A stretch of 63,657 bases of DNA, filler included, from Reticulomyxa filosa (GCA_000512085.1; 22 parts of 22 records of this genome joined end to end with filler, not necessarily neighbours in it), one strand, 5' to 3'. Counted from the whole stretch's first letter, positions 12,488 to 26,374 are shown. Numbers and translations are program-made. The notes: a model not told the origin generated them from the sequence alone.

Positions 12488-12762
12488 CTAGCCCGCCAAA
12501 ACGATGAGAAGCCACGGGGTTACACGCAGCACGCGTCCGCCTTGCGGCCCGACAATCGCTTCGAGCGCGTTGGCAGGATCGGCCGCGTCGAACACCCCGG
12601 TCACCGGCTCGGCACCAATGCTGCCATTGGCGATCAAGATTCGACCCGAGAACCACGGGCGCAGGCGCTCGACGACTTCTGCTACGGGGCGATTGCGGAC
12701 CGCGAGCCGGGGGCCCGGCCCGGTCAGGAGATAGTCCGGCAAGTCGGCGCCCTGCCGCACCG
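12488..12762 (-). CDS. fecR: FecR-family anti-sigma/sensor, C-terminal part
   Basis: LAVRNRPVAEVVERLRPWFSGRILIAN..VTGVFDAADPANALEAI..RVTPWLLIV matches the FecR C-terminal domain. It lies directly upstream of an STN-type receptor. Confidence 0.8.
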
Positions 12763-13817
12763 NNNNNNNNNNNNNNNNNNNNNNNNNNNNNNNNNNNNNN
12801 NNNNNNTTAATTAATTAANNNNNNNNNNNNNNNNNNNNNNNNNNNNNNNNNNNNNNNNNNNNGAAAATCTATCATCTTTATAACGTGGCATTTTCGGTGT
12901 TCAGTTTTTTTTGCAACCTACTGTAGTTGATGAAATTGAAAAGTCATATTCAATTGATAATTATCAATTGGTAAAGTGTCATATTTAGTAAATTGAAATA
13001 CATAATAATATTATTTGAATGCATCAATCACTATACGCATTCCTTGATAGTTATCTTGATTTCTTTCAATGATAATTTGATCATCATGATTGTCTATTAG
13101 AGGAATTCATTTATTGTAATTGTTTAATTCATTATATTACAAAAAATCAAAATTAAGTTTTTTTCATTTCAGTAAATAATAATGCGATAAAATCATAACA
13201 ATGTAATTTATTTGAAAGAGATCAAAATAATTATTAATGAAAGCAAATGAGTATTACCTGATAATAACACAATGTGTAGCTAAAAACAAAAATGATACTA
13301 TCATTTGCAATAAAATTGTAAAAATGAAAAATTTTAAAATTTGCATAATTTTTATTACTCAAATGTAATAATTAAAAGCTCTTTGTTTTTGATTTATTTT
13401 CGGTGTTTCTACTCTTTTCTTAGAAGAAAAAGTAAAGCAGAGAATTGACAGTATTGTCCATATTCGTATAAAATTTTACTATCAATCATCTGACGAAAGT
13501 TAAAAGAAAATTAGAGAGAAAATCCCAAATCTGCTACATGGACATGTCAGTTATGCCAACAATCAAGGTCCATCAACCAAAGAAAAAAAATATCAGTGAA
13601 AACAATAATAATGCAAGAAATAAATCCATAAGCAAATTCCATGGATAATATCAAAAAAAAAAAAAAAATTATAAAAACAATTGTTGCAATTTATTTTGAT
13701 ATTATATTTTTGAATTCTTTAAAAAAACATAAATGTAAATTTTTAATATTTTTGACTTGAATTCAATCAAATCAAACAAGTATAATCAAACTTTTCAAAC
13801 AAAAACAATTTTATCAA

Positions 13818-15134
13818 TTATCCCCAAATACGAATAAGACCTTTACGTGAACCATAACACAAATTCAAATCATATGTATTATCTTTCTTTTTTAATTCAA
13901 TAAATTTAAGACAATATATTATATTATCTTCTTTCTGATTTCCTTTAATTATATATAATTCATTTTTATTTGATCGAATATCCCAAAAACGAATTGTATT
14001 ATCACTTGATCCAGAGCATATCACATTTGAATTAATAATATTATTATTTATTACAAATGGTGAATATTCAACACACCATACATACATTTTATGTCCATTA
14101 AATATTTGAATTTGTTGACAAGATCGAATATCCCATAAACGAACACTTTCATCTCCTGATCCAGATAATATTGTATTTAATAATTGATTTGATCCATATT
14201 TTACACTGTGTACAAAACCGTTATGTCCTCTGAATATATTTAATTGTTTTGTTGTTTCAATATCCCATATTCGAATGGTATTATCATTTGATCCAGAACA
14301 AATAGTATATCCATTTCCACCAATCACACCAATAATATTAATTTTATTATTATCATATATGCTTTGTAATGGTGAAATATCAACACAAAATACACTATGT
14401 TCATGTCCATCGAAAACATGTAATGATTTTGATGTTTCAACATCCCATAAACGAATCGTTTTATCATCAGATCCAGAACATAAATATCTACCACCATTAA
14501 ATTTTGAAAAATCAATATTATAAACACTTTTTGTGTGTCCATTGAATATTTGTAATTGTTTATTATGTTTGAAATTCCAAAAACTAATGGTTTTATCACG
14601 TGATGAAGAACAAATAATATTTTGATGATTATTATGATAATGATATGATGAAAATTTCACACAATACACATTATTTGAATGTCCATTGAATGATTGAATT
14701 TGTTTGTTGTTATCAATATCCCATACACGAACTGTGTTATCCTCTGATCCAGAACAAATTAATTGACAATCATCAAATGTTGAATAATCAATACTCCATA
14801 TATTGTCTATATGTCCAGTGAATGTATTGATCAATTTGGATGATGAACGAAATGTATCAAATATGAAGATAGTAGATGCCTATATTAAATAAATATTGTA
14901 ATATTTTGATTGTTATTTAAGAAAAGAAAGAATAAATGAACTAACATAATTGACAACGAATTTGTCAAAATCGTTGATCCATCCTAATTGAATATTGAAT
15001 ATTCGAATCCAATGATGAATAATGATTTGGATCTCTTCTTTTTTTGACTGTTTAAATTATATATAACAAACGATTAGAAAAAAAAACTTTAAAACAACTT
15101 GGACCTCAACTTTGATTGATAAGTTTAAGTTCAT
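13818..15134 (-). CDS. WD40-repeat protein (Reticulomyxa-type expanded family)
   Basis: About seven GH..CSGSxDxTIRxWD repeats ending YGSRKGLIRIWG. Upstream exons 14946-15047 (EEIQIIIHHWIRIFNIQLGWINDFDKFVVNY) and probably 15105-15134, joined by GT-AG introns in frame. Confidence 0.9.
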
Positions 15135-16485
15135 TTTTGTAATTTCCTTTAATTTTTTTCTTGAGATGATCTTTAATGATGCAGGAAAATACTTGAACCT
15201 TTTTTTTTAAAAAAAAAAACTGAACTGGAAATTTTGAAATATTTGGATAATTCTACAATATAAAGATCTTCTCAAATTAAAATGGTAATATAATTTTGAA
15301 TTTTTCTTTAAACACAAATTATCAAATAGAATGAACAAAATTAAGATACAATAACAATTTTATGAATAAGTATTTAATATTTCCATATTTTATTGAGATC
15401 GGTCAAATGGAATGGAAAATTCTTTCAAGTTTTAAAAAGTTTGATTATTCATGTTGTTAATATTGATGAATTATGAAGTAATTCAAAATTAAATTATTGA
15501 ATATTTCTTTTTCAATGACTAAATATTTTAAATGTATTATTGGATGAATTAGGACATAATCATTCAAATTTATTAAATCTTAAAGACATAATACTTTCAA
15601 ATTTTATATTAATTATAAATGAACATAAACATAAATTATTTGTGATGTTGAATTATGTAACAATAAACATAGCAAGTTATTTGTTATTTATCAATAATTT
15701 TTATAAAAATTATTAATGATAATGAAATACATTATCAAATACTTGAATTGTTGTTTTGTTTAAATATGATAAAGATAACAACACTTTTTAAGTTTAATAA
15801 AACTACTTGTTTGTAGGGATATTGCATTATAATATAAATGTGTCCTTTGGTGGATACGGTTGGAATGGTGATTTTTTTAAATTTGAAATTAGTGTACAAG
15901 TATTCAATTTAAGAGAATAAATGGATAATATTTCAAAACCTTATATCCAGTCAATTGTATAATTGTGTTGCAATATTGAGTGAAGAAGATGGAAGATATA
16001 ACAGTATCAACTCACAATTGATAATAATTTATTTATTTTATTATTTTGATAAAACAAAAGTAAATTTGATTGTATGAAATTGATTAACAAAAAAAAGAAA
16101 TAAAGATAAAATTAGGATGGATTGATGATTTTGATCAAATTATTTTCTTTAAATATGATTTTCATTTTTATTTATATATTTTTAAAATAATTTTAAAAAA
16201 AAATTTGATAGATTTTAACTTTTTAGGTTATTCAGTTATTTAAAAAAAAAAAAAANNNNNNNNNNNNNNNNNNNNNNNNNNNNNNNNNNNNNNNNNNNNT
16301 TAATTAATTAANNNNNNNNNNNNNNNNNNNNNNNNNNNNNNNNNNNNNNNNNNNNGAAATACAACACACATCCATTTACAGTGCGCACATTGTACTTTGC
16401 ACGTGCGCGTGCATGCACAAATTAATGTTATCTTCACTCTTTATGTATTAAAAAAAAAAATAAAAAAAAAAATAACCTCAACAAT

Positions 16486-18345
16486 TGTCATCGAAGATCT
16501 CAAAGTGGCTTCTTTCAAAAGAGGTGCCAAGTCCAAGTCCAGACTTTGGCGCGTTTGGCGAAGCAAGTCATTCACTCCGTTCAAAATCTGCCCACTTAAC
16601 ACTTTGATCGAACTTGTCCCTTTACACAACACATGCAAACATTATTTTGTTATTTCCAAAGAAAACATATAAAATGTATATACCAAATGCTCTAGCAACA
16701 CTCAAGACTTGCTGCAAATGTGGCCATAACGAATCACCTCCAAAGGTATCCAAGAACGGTGCAATGGTGGTGGGATAAAGGCCACCGGTGGTAAGTACAG
16801 CAAAGCGTTCTGAGTGGTTGTCAATAACTGTTTTGGCGATCTTTCCCAAATGCGAATTTTTCTCTGATAAAGGCCCATTCTGCAGTTGGTCCAACCAACA
16901 CTTTACAAACTCGCAAACAAACAACTCGCCTAAGGACACATCTGTCTTCGTCATGTATTGGAACGCCATCATGGTCCAACACGTCACCACTCTTTTTTTT
17001 TTTTACAAGTATGTCAAATCATGCCTTTTTCCAACACACTCTCTCTCTCTCTCTCTTCTGTGTCCATACAAAAACAAGCAAATGAACAAATGAAAGAAAA
17101 AGCCTTTGCTTTTCCAAATTGATTTCTTTGATATATTTTTATTGTAACATGTTCGACGTCTGTTCCGAGAAGTCTGCTGGATCATCTTCTTTGGGTTCGA
17201 TTTCTGTCATTTGTTCCAGCTTTTTGTCGTCATTGCTCTCAACAAATGTCTGTGTTGTTGGTCCTTTGTTCTCTGCTGTCGTCGCTACGGTCGTTGCCAT
17301 TGTCGTTGCCATTGTCGTTGCTGTTGCTGTTGCTGTTGCTGTAGCAGTGGTTGCTATTGTTGGTGTCGGCGTTGGCGTTGGTATTGGCACTGTCGTCATC
17401 GTCACCGCCGTTACTGTTTCCGTCGTTGGATTTTTCACCTCTTTATTTCACATTCAAACATTGAAATACTCCAACACGTAATGTGTCTGTCACATCTCCT
17501 CCCTCCCCCCCCCCCCCTCTCTTCCCTTCTCAAAGTCAAAGCAATGTCATTGTATTGCAATATTGTATTCCCCCTCCCTTTTCAAATAGTTTAATTTAGT
17601 TTCGTTTAGTTTAGATTACATTAGATTTAATTAGACTAGTTTAGCTCACTCTCTCTCTCTCTTCCCAGTCTCGTCACTTTGACTTTTTTTAAAATTATGT
17701 TTGATATAATCGCAAAATATTCAAAGGGCTCTTTTTTTTTTTTAAAAAAATTATTATTATTATTTTATTATTATTATGTTTATTTGTACCTGCGGTATTG
17801 CACCAAAACTCGTCCAAGAGATTGACTTGAGAATTCTCGTCGATCGCACCGCTCGTCGGCGCAATGGCAAAATCGATCCACTGGTTATCTTCGCTATGTT
17901 GGGCTTGCAAAGGAACATTGGATGACAGCAGCGGCAGCGGCAGCGACGACGAAGACGAAGGTGCCAATGACGATTTGAAATCTTGCTCTTTCCTTGCAAC
18001 TGCAATTGCAGTGACATCATCGTCGTGGTTGTTGTTGTTGTTGTTGTTGTTGTCATTATTGTTATTATTGTTATCATTGTTGTCGTTGCTATGCACGGCC
18101 ATCATTGTCGCTAAGGCGTCGTTGTCACTGGCCACTTGAGCAGGCTGCTCCGTTGGCTGTTCATTGTCTTTGAAATCTTTCAAATTGCTGTGGCTATGAC
18201 TGTGATTGTTGTCGAATGGCACCAAATGCGAAAACAAATCATCCATCTTCCATGAGGACTCTTCTTGCTGTTCTAATTTTTTGGGGGCTGCTGGTTCACT
18301 GCTTGCTTTTTCATCAATGTTCACTGGTTCATTTTGCTTTTCATT
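16486..18345 (-). CDS. Multi-exon hypothetical protein fragment with N/T-rich low-complexity regions
   Basis: Coding-like exons (ORFs 17695..18324, 17139..17438, 16622..16990, 16441..16638) separated by AT-rich introns. No family recognised; boundaries approximate. Confidence 0.55.
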
Positions 18346-18993
18346 TTTTTTTTTTTTTTNNNNNNNNNNNNNNNNNNNNNNNNNNNNNNNNNNNNNNNNN
18401 NNNTTAATTAATTAANNNNNNNNNNNNNNNNNNNNNNNNNNNNNNNNNNNNNNNNNNNNTGCGCTATGATGACAATTTTTCCGTAGCCGGAAAGTTTTTA
18501 AAAAGTCTGTCCATGTAACGTATTCGCAAAAAAAATCGAGAACAACTTGCAATATATTTTATTGTATGCAATATTAGGTAAACGTTTGGTATACTGAGGA
18601 TCGGTCTTATAGATGAATAGTTTTTAACGTTTAAAAGAAAGTCTTTTTGTCTTTTGTTTTATACATGAAGAAAAGTCGTCCATTAAAAAAAAAACAGAAT
18701 TAGGATTTTTTTAAAAAGAACACAGATGAAGTAAGAATAATTATTTGAAATTTCTAGAAATTGTAGAATGTTCGAAATTCCATTTCGAGCCACACAACAA
18801 GCAATTTATTATTAACTGCTGCTAACGGTGCTTGGAGAAAAAAAATAACCGTAACATGACAAAAAAAAGGGGAGGGTGAACTTAGGACTAAAATATAAAA
18901 GCTGACGAGTATTACTTATTAAAACCTATAAACAAAGGGGGAAGATGATACACAAGGGAAAAAAAAAAAGAGAGAACAGGACACGTTGGGAAC

Positions 18994-19726
18994 TTAGAAA
19001 TCGAAAAAAGAACCAAAAGCGGGTAATTTAGGATCAATTACTGCCAGTGACGTCCCATCCTTCATTATTATTATTATCCTGTACACGTTCAAGTTCGCCA
19101 TCTGGGTGTTGTGGAGAATCCATTTCATGAATGATGTCTTCCAACAAGTCATTGTCTGTGTCAACAGAAGAAGCCAAGGCAGGTGCGGCATCATTATTAT
19201 TTTCTTTTTTGTGTTTCTGTCCTTGTTCTTTCTCGATGTCCCTCCCTTCGTGTTGTTCACTCAAGTCAGTTTCCATTTCATATTCACCACTAGCAAAATC
19301 TGTGTCCCTCGCAAGAAACGTCATAACAAACAAATATAGTGTATACGCAAAAAGCAAAAATATTTTTTTAAAAAAGAGGGGGAGTGGAGGAGAGTGAAAA
19401 TTTTCTTCCCCCCTTTTTCCTTTTTGTCCATACCAAAAAAAAAAAAAGGGGGAAAAAATTTATAACTGACATCAGTACCCCCTCCTATGAGAAGCTGAAT
19501 GGCAGTGTTTTCAGTGTTCATGTTGTGTTGAATGGAAGTGTTGTGTTCGGTGCTCTTTGCTTGTTGCTGTTGAGGGAACTCGTTGAAGATAACGTTGGGG
19601 GGGGCTTTTGATTGAATTGGTACTCCAAGTTGTTGGACAAGACGCGGATCTGATTGGTCTTCTTTACAACGTACGTGTGAACCATCATAAAGCAAACACC
19701 GGCACAGAGAATCAGCACAGTGAGAG
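18994..19726 (-). CDS. C-terminal part of a probable single-pass membrane protein
   Basis: Hydrophobic LTVLILCAGVCFMMV followed by KK, then an acidic cytoplasmic exon (19034..19357). Exact stop and frame uncertain. Confidence 0.4.
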
Positions 19727-19828
19727 NNNNNNNNNNNNNNNNNNNNNNNNNNNNNNNNNNNNNNNNNNNNTTAATTAATTAANNNNNNNNNNNNNNNNNN
19801 NNNNNNNNNNNNNNNNNNNNNNNNNNTT

Positions 19829-21082
19829 GATGAGACCACATATCAACCCATTGATGAAACCACTGATCAACCTACTAACCAACCCACCAATCAGCCCACG
19901 AAAATTCCGACCAAGGCACCCTCCAAGTATCCGACTTACTCGCCGACTTACATGCCGACACGCAGTCCCACCGATCAACCCACAGATAACCCAACCAATC
20001 AGCCAACAAACAATCCAACCAATCAACCAACCAATCAACCAACAAACAATCCAACCAATCAACCTACAAACAATCCGACCAATCAGCCAACAAACAACCC
20101 GACCAATCAACCGACAAACAATCCAACCAATCAACCGACAAACAACCCAACCAATCAACCGACAAACAATCCAACCAATCAACCGACAAACAATCCAACC
20201 AATCAACCGACAAACAATCCGACCAATCAGCCAACAGACAATCCAACCAATCAACCAACAAACAATCCAACCAATCAACCAACAAAATTTCCAACAAACA
20301 ATCCCACAAATTACCCAACGAAGCAACCAACAAGCAAGCCAACGAAAAATCCAACGAAAAACCCAACGAAAAATCCGACCAAACAGCCGACGAAAATTCC
20401 AACGAGCAACCCAACAAACAAACCGACGAGCAAGCCAACAAAGTACCCCACAAAAAGGCCAACAGAAGCACCTGTTACAACGTGCGAGATATTCGACTGC
20501 AAAGACACGCACTGCGAGTATAGTGAAATCTATTGCTGCAGCAACTGTTGCAAGATCAAGTGTTCGGCCAAGCAGTCTTGCATTCACTCCACGTTTCACA
20601 TTTGGGGAAGCACGCAAATTCTATGTCAAGGCAAAGACAGCTGTGACTTTGCAACTCTGAAGATTTACAATTCGAACAACTACACCCTCAATTGCGCGAG
20701 TGCAAGTCAGGACGCAGGCACCAGTAGCAAGGCAGCGACATCCAACTCTGGAGGCAGTTCCAATACTAATTGTGACTTTATTAAATACAATCACACAAGC
20801 TCCAGCAAATATTGTCCCCGATCTTATATTTCCGGTCCCAATGTTCAAAATAGTCCGCAACCTCCAGATTATACGCAGTCGGAAAAAATTAGTGACTCCC
20901 ATGCCACCAAAAATTCCACCTCCGACTCGTCCGCTTCTCGTCGGCGTCGAAACGAAGTCATCATTGGTGTTACTGTGGCCGTGGCTGTGGCTGTCGGTGC
21001 TCTCATTGTCGCCACTGTCTTCTTTGTTTATTACAAATCACAACCTAAACCAACTACTCCTGCTCCAGATTTTTCTGTTTAA
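19829..21082 (+). CDS. PT-repeat (mucin-like) type I surface protein with Cys-rich domain, 5'-truncated
   Basis: Frame is open from the contig start. (PTNQ/PTNN/PTKx)n stalk, Cys-rich module (CEIFDC..CCSNCCKIKC), TM IIGVTVAVAVAVGALIVATVFFVYY and a short tail. Confidence 0.85.
   Translation, partial: DETTYQPIDETTDQPTNQPTNQPTKIPTKAPSKYPTYSPTYMPTRSPTDQPTDNPTNQPTNNPTNQPTNQPTNNPTNQPTNNPTNQPTNNPTNQPTNNPTNQPTNNPTNQPTNNPTNQPTNNPTNQPTNNPTNQPTDNPTNQPTNNPTNQPTKFPTNNPTNYPTKQPTSKPTKNPTKNPTKNPTKQPTKIPTSNPTNKPTSKPTKYPTKRPTEAPVTTCEIFDCKDTHCEYSEIYCCSNCCKIKCSAKQSCIHSTFHIWGSTQILCQGKDSCDFATLKIYNSNNYTLNCASASQDAGTSSKAATSNSGGSSNTNCDFIKYNHTSSSKYCPRSYISGPNVQNSPQPPDYTQSEKISDSHATKNSTSDSSASRRRRNEVIIGVTVAVAVAVGALIVATVFFVYYKSQPKPTTPAPDFSV
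19967..20460 (+). repeat. Coding 12/24-bp tandem repeat (PTNQ-PTNN)
   Basis: Repeated ccaaccaatcaa/ccgacaaacaat units. Confidence 0.9.
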
Positions 21083-21603
21083 TTCTTGTTCTTCTTCTTT
21101 TTTTATGTAAGTATAATCATTGTCTAATAATTTAATATACTTAAACTTGTTACTTTCTACTTCATTTCATCTCTAATCTTTTGACTACAGTAGCGAAAAG
21201 TGTTATAAAGATTCTTGATCCCATCTTTTTTTTTTTTGAAAAATAATCAAACAGTCTTTTTTCGATTGCTTCGTCCACAGCCTTAAACGAATTAATAATC
21301 ATTGACAAACGCGAATTTACCACTTTATAATGGCGAAAAAAAAAACACTACAAAAAAAATATATATATATCTTTTTTTGGGAACTATGCTAGTTTGTTAA
21401 AAAGGGTTTAGACATAATAAAAATTTATGGAAAAAGAAATGAAGTCATTACGGCAGAAGCAAAATGCTTCCTCGGAAATGAAATTGAGCAAAGCTTCTCC
21501 ATCTCCTAAAGCGACAAAAAGGTAGTATTATTGGAAAGCAAACAAAAAAAGTACACACAAAGTGGACGAACAATAAAAGGATTTGTGGTGGCTGTTGTTG
21601 TAA

Positions 21604-22732
21604 TTGGGATGTGATAGCTCTTACAATGAAACAAAAGGGACGACCAAAAAAGCGCCAACACCTATGTTATCAAAACAACCAGAACCCAAAAAAACGAGCT
21701 TGGCCTCCATGGTCGGTGAAAGAGACATGGAACGGCACAGTAACGACAAGAATGAAGTTGATAATCTCTTTGTTAATGACGTGGATATTGAAGATGACGA
21801 CGGCAACCCTCAAATCGAAGGGGTTGCCAACGTTCCTGTGCTCCCTCAAAGCAGTTATTTCACGCAATGATTTATACCTTTAGGAAATAAGTCACACATA
21901 CATATCTTTTGTGTGTATACGTAGAAATATAAACATTAACACAGACCCAGCAGATATGATGACCGATAGCTCCAACTGGTTGACATCTTTTGATACACAA
22001 GAAGAGCAACCAAAAAGCAAGAGCAAGAGCAAGAGCGACGTGTCGAACACGAATATAATGACATGGATGACGACGGACAATGGGATGGACACTTTGGCCA
22101 GGGATACCATGACAAAGCCAACTTCAGTGGCAACTAAAACTACAACTACAAATCCAAGTACAAAGACTCAGAATTATTCAAATCTGTTTGGCAGCACCGA
22201 TCAAGGTATGACTGATTTGGCACATAATACAATGGATTACCGTTCAAAGAAGCCGCAACAGGGTCCACCTGTGATCAAAAACCCCAATCCTCAAGGAAAA
22301 CCTCCTCCCATTTCTACAGATGATGGCATGCAACTGTTGGTGCATGATGTTTTGAGTCCGAAACGCGCGCACTCGGATGTATCTCACTCCGAGCCCGGTG
22401 CTCAAACGACAAACTCCGCCTTGTATGCTCACTAATCTGCAAAAGAAGAAATATTGCAAAAAAAAATTATTATTATTATTTTTTTTTTTATGTGGGCATG
22501 ACACTGTAGAAGTAAATCAATGGTGCGAGTAAATACGGAGGGATCAGCGCCCGGCGTCCGCGTTGAAACAAACGATGAAAGTAACACGGAAACAAAACGT
22601 CAGGAGGCGTTTGATGATCTTTTTTCAGATTATGCACAATCTAATCAAGTTATGTTGAACAATTTGAACAACAACATTCAAAACCAAAGACAAGAAGGCT
22701 TTACCTCTACTCGAGATGGCAGTGAAGGTTAG
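21604..22732 (+). CDS. Three-exon hypothetical disordered protein with a possible MGCxSS lipidation start
   Basis: Coding-like segments 21604-21870, about 21945-22430 and about 22510-22732. The start context reads TTG GGA TGT GAT AGC TCT rather than ATG. Confidence 0.5.
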
Positions 22733-22846
22733 AAGGATACTATATGTACATATCATATGTATACGTATATACTTCTTTTTACAATTTTTTAAACTGTTAG
22801 AAAATTAACTGATATTTCAAAAAAGGCATAAAAAGTTCTAACGCGC

Positions 22847-22906
22847 TTTGGTCCAGCTTTACTAATTCTGATATCTTTGGCTCCAGCTTTACTGATTCTG
22901 ATATCT
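22847..22906. repeat. About 30-bp imperfect tandem duplication
   Basis: tttggtccagctttactaattctgatatc / tttggctccagctttactgattctgatatc. Confidence 0.8.
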
Positions 22907-25900
22907 TAAGCTACAAGGACGCAGAGCCTATTGAAATAAGTTCCAAAGAAGGCGTTGTGGAAGTTAAACATTGTTGTGTATCCAAGTCATGTTTGTAGGA
23001 AGAATGGGCCATGAATAAAACAAAATCTCTGTAACATATCAACAAAAAAAAAGAACAGAAAATGACGGAAGGAAAAAAAGCAAAAGGGCCTATGTACCGT
23101 TAAATGAAATAGAAGGAAAGAGACATCATGCGAAATATTTCAAATCATAAAAAAAAAATGTAGGAAAACTGCTCTGTTACAATTAGAATTACTTTTTTTT
23201 GGTATTAATTTCATTGGAAGAAAAATAAATTTCCTTAAATTGTTTCACAAACAATTGTATTTCTCAAAAAAAAAATTGCATGTTTAATTATTTTTTTCTT
23301 GAATGAAGACGCCAATACGAAAAAAAGAAAGATAAATAAAAAAGTTGGGAAAAACCTAATAGTGTTCAATAGCAGAAAGGAGACATTACAAAGAGCAAGA
23401 ATCTACTTTGAAAAAAGTAGTCATATAAAAACGCGTGTAGACCTCAAACAAATCATTCACAAAACACACAACTGCATCCAAGTTTTATTAAAAAGGGGTA
23501 AGTTCTTGTTGTCAATGTTACTTACAACCCTTTATTGCACCAAAAACAATTTACAAACAATCAAATCAACCTCCTTTTTTTCTGCCCCTTCGTTACAGAC
23601 ACAAACAAAAACAAACAGATAAAAAGAAGAGCCAACAAGGAACAAAAGAAAGAAAAGAAAAATATCTGAAAACAATGGCCTCACAAAAACAGAACAAAAA
23701 GATTAAAAAGTAAATATCCACAAACATGCATGAGACCACCCGGACAGCAATAATCAACAACAAATAGCAAAAATAAAAACATATAAGAAAAAAAAGCAAA
23801 GCAAAAAAATGCGCAATGGCCTATTAAAGTTTTTGGTGCTTTTTTTTTTTNNNNNNNNNNNNNNNNNNNNNNNNNNNNNNNNNNNNNNNNNNNNTTAATT
23901 AATTAANNNNNNNNNNNNNNNNNNNNNNNNNNNNNNNNNNNNNNNNNNNNAAAGAGTGAAAAATAAAATAAATAAAAATGATAACAAACCAATGCATGGT
24001 ATTAAATGTAGCTCTTGATTGGCAAGGCCCAAGAAATTAAACAGGAAATGATCAAAGCTATGATGTATCAATGCTGATGTTGTTAATGTATAGTACATGT
24101 GCAATTTCCAATTTCTTATCGAAAATACAAAATGATCAGTCAGTTATCCTTATTTAATTCTTCCTGTTTGCAATTTTGCGTTTGTCTCTTAAAAAAGTGA
24201 ACCGTTTTGTACGATATGTTCAAAGACAAACCAACGCTCTACCATTCTTTTTTGTTCTTCTCCTCTCGTTTATGTCTTCACATTGAATACTTTCTCGAGA
24301 ATAAATGGATATTGAAGCAAAAAAAGGCTTATTAAATGAAAAGTTGCTACAAACAAATGTATGTTGATATTCATCCTCGTTTCCTTGTCCTTCCCTTTTT
24401 TTTTTTGTCTTGTCTTATTCTGACTTTTTTTTTCTATTAAAAAAACCTTCTCTAATAGCAACAGGAACAAGTAAAGAAAAATTTTTCTAAGCAAGCAATT
24501 GATAAAACAGCACCGAAAATATAATGCTTTTCAAACATTGCAAAGAAAGGAATGAGAATTTCTCAACAACGACAACCAAAAAAATTATTGATTGTTATTG
24601 CACCCCAAGGTTCCTTCTCTTGTGAACACAGAAAATAAAAAAGGAGGGGGGGGGCGTATTTCATCTTTGACAAAATTAGGGACAGGGTTGTGAAATGGTG
24701 GCATGGATTCTTCTAAATATGCATCCAAGCCGTATTTTTCAATGAAAGGGCTTTCATGTTCAAACAATTGGTCCCACATTTCCACGCCAGTTATTTTCAA
24801 AAGTGAATAGCAAATGCTCATAGACCAAAACAAAGCATTTTTACTTTGAGACGACAGTTTCCAGAATTGATCGCAATCTTTGAGTTCTTCTTTAAATGAT
24901 CGGATGATGATCAAGTCCTTAAATGATATGAGATCAATACTTTCTTTGTTCGGTGTCACACTCTTATTAAACCACGTCAGTTTGAAATGAATATACAGTT
25001 TTATTCTTTAAATAAAGGCGCAACATCTGTTCAATATATATATACACACATATATATGTTGATCGATAATTCTGATAGCAAAATATAACGGAATACATAC
25101 CAAAGTTAGGATTACGAGCATTTAATGCAATTAAAATGTTTTTTTGAAACTTTGGGAAATGTAAAATTCTGTTGTTTGCATCAAAGTATCCTGTCAACAT
25201 TGACCAAATCTTGGCTTTGTCAATTGGCCTTGCACAAGCGATTGGGTNNNNNNNNNNNNNNNNNNNNNNNNNNNNNNNNNNNNNNNNNNNNTTAATTAAT
25301 TAANNNNNNNNNNNNNNNNNNNNNNNNNNNNNNNNNNNNNNNNNNNNATAGATAATATGCTATTGACATAGGCAACAATTTATCTTATTTCAACTCATTA
25401 ATATAAATTTTAAAATCATTATATGACTCATTTTAATTACATAAATCACACTTTTTATAACATTTTCTTTTTATTTTATCATTCAAAAAATTATAGTTTT
25501 ATTGTCTAGTGAAACAAGAAAAATGACAAAAATATTTTCAAATAAGAATTAAAAAATTTGATTTTAATAATAAATCAACATATGTTTAATCTTTTTTTTA
25601 TATTGTCATCAAAGAATTTATAATTTACTTTCACAAATTTATTTTCTTCAATCAATTGTATTAAATGTTTAAAAAGTTGACTTGTTTCAATCAATCCTCC
25701 AAATCGGTAATTGAAGTTTGTTACAATGTTCTTTGTTTCGGCACAACAACTGGTGATCAAAAAAACGATTGAATAAAAGATATGCATGGCCTGATCTTCT
25801 AATGAATAATTAATTATTCTTTTTCTTTGTTGCTTCGTAAGGCTTTCTGTTCAACTTACCTTTTGTTTTTGGAAATCACATTTATTAGCTCAAAAGTGAA

Positions 25901-26374
25901 TAATTTCATTTGTGTAAAACATCATATCTTTTTTTATCACGAGACACTATTTAAATTTCTTTTCATTTTATTTATCATTTTTCAGTGTATCACAATGCAA
26001 GTAGCGAAAATGCAGACGCACCACAAACAATACGTCAAAAAGTAAAATATAAATGTTGAATATATTATGCATGCAAGTTGCTAACTTTTCAAAGAGTGTC
26101 CGTTAGGTTTTTTAAATGGTTAGGAGATGTAGCTTTTAAGTCAAAGCGTAGTAATGAGTTGTCTTTGTTGCTTTTTTTTGAAACAAAAAAAAAAAAGAAC
26201 ATTGACAAACAAAGAGGAAGGGAGGAAGAAAAGCAACATTAATTCCAGTAATCGACATGCTTTTACCTCTTTCAGCAACGAGCAAAAAAAAAAAGACACA
26301 AATGATACCAAGCAAAACACATACATTTTTTGGTTTCTGTGCTTCCCATATCACTTTGTTGTTTGTGTATATCT

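Noticed and set aside
19775-20660. Long alternative-frame and antisense ORFs over the PT repeat (also over AFG3, secA and the Asn-rich kinase linker)
   Set aside because: Shadow ORFs produced by repeats or codon bias on the real coding strand.
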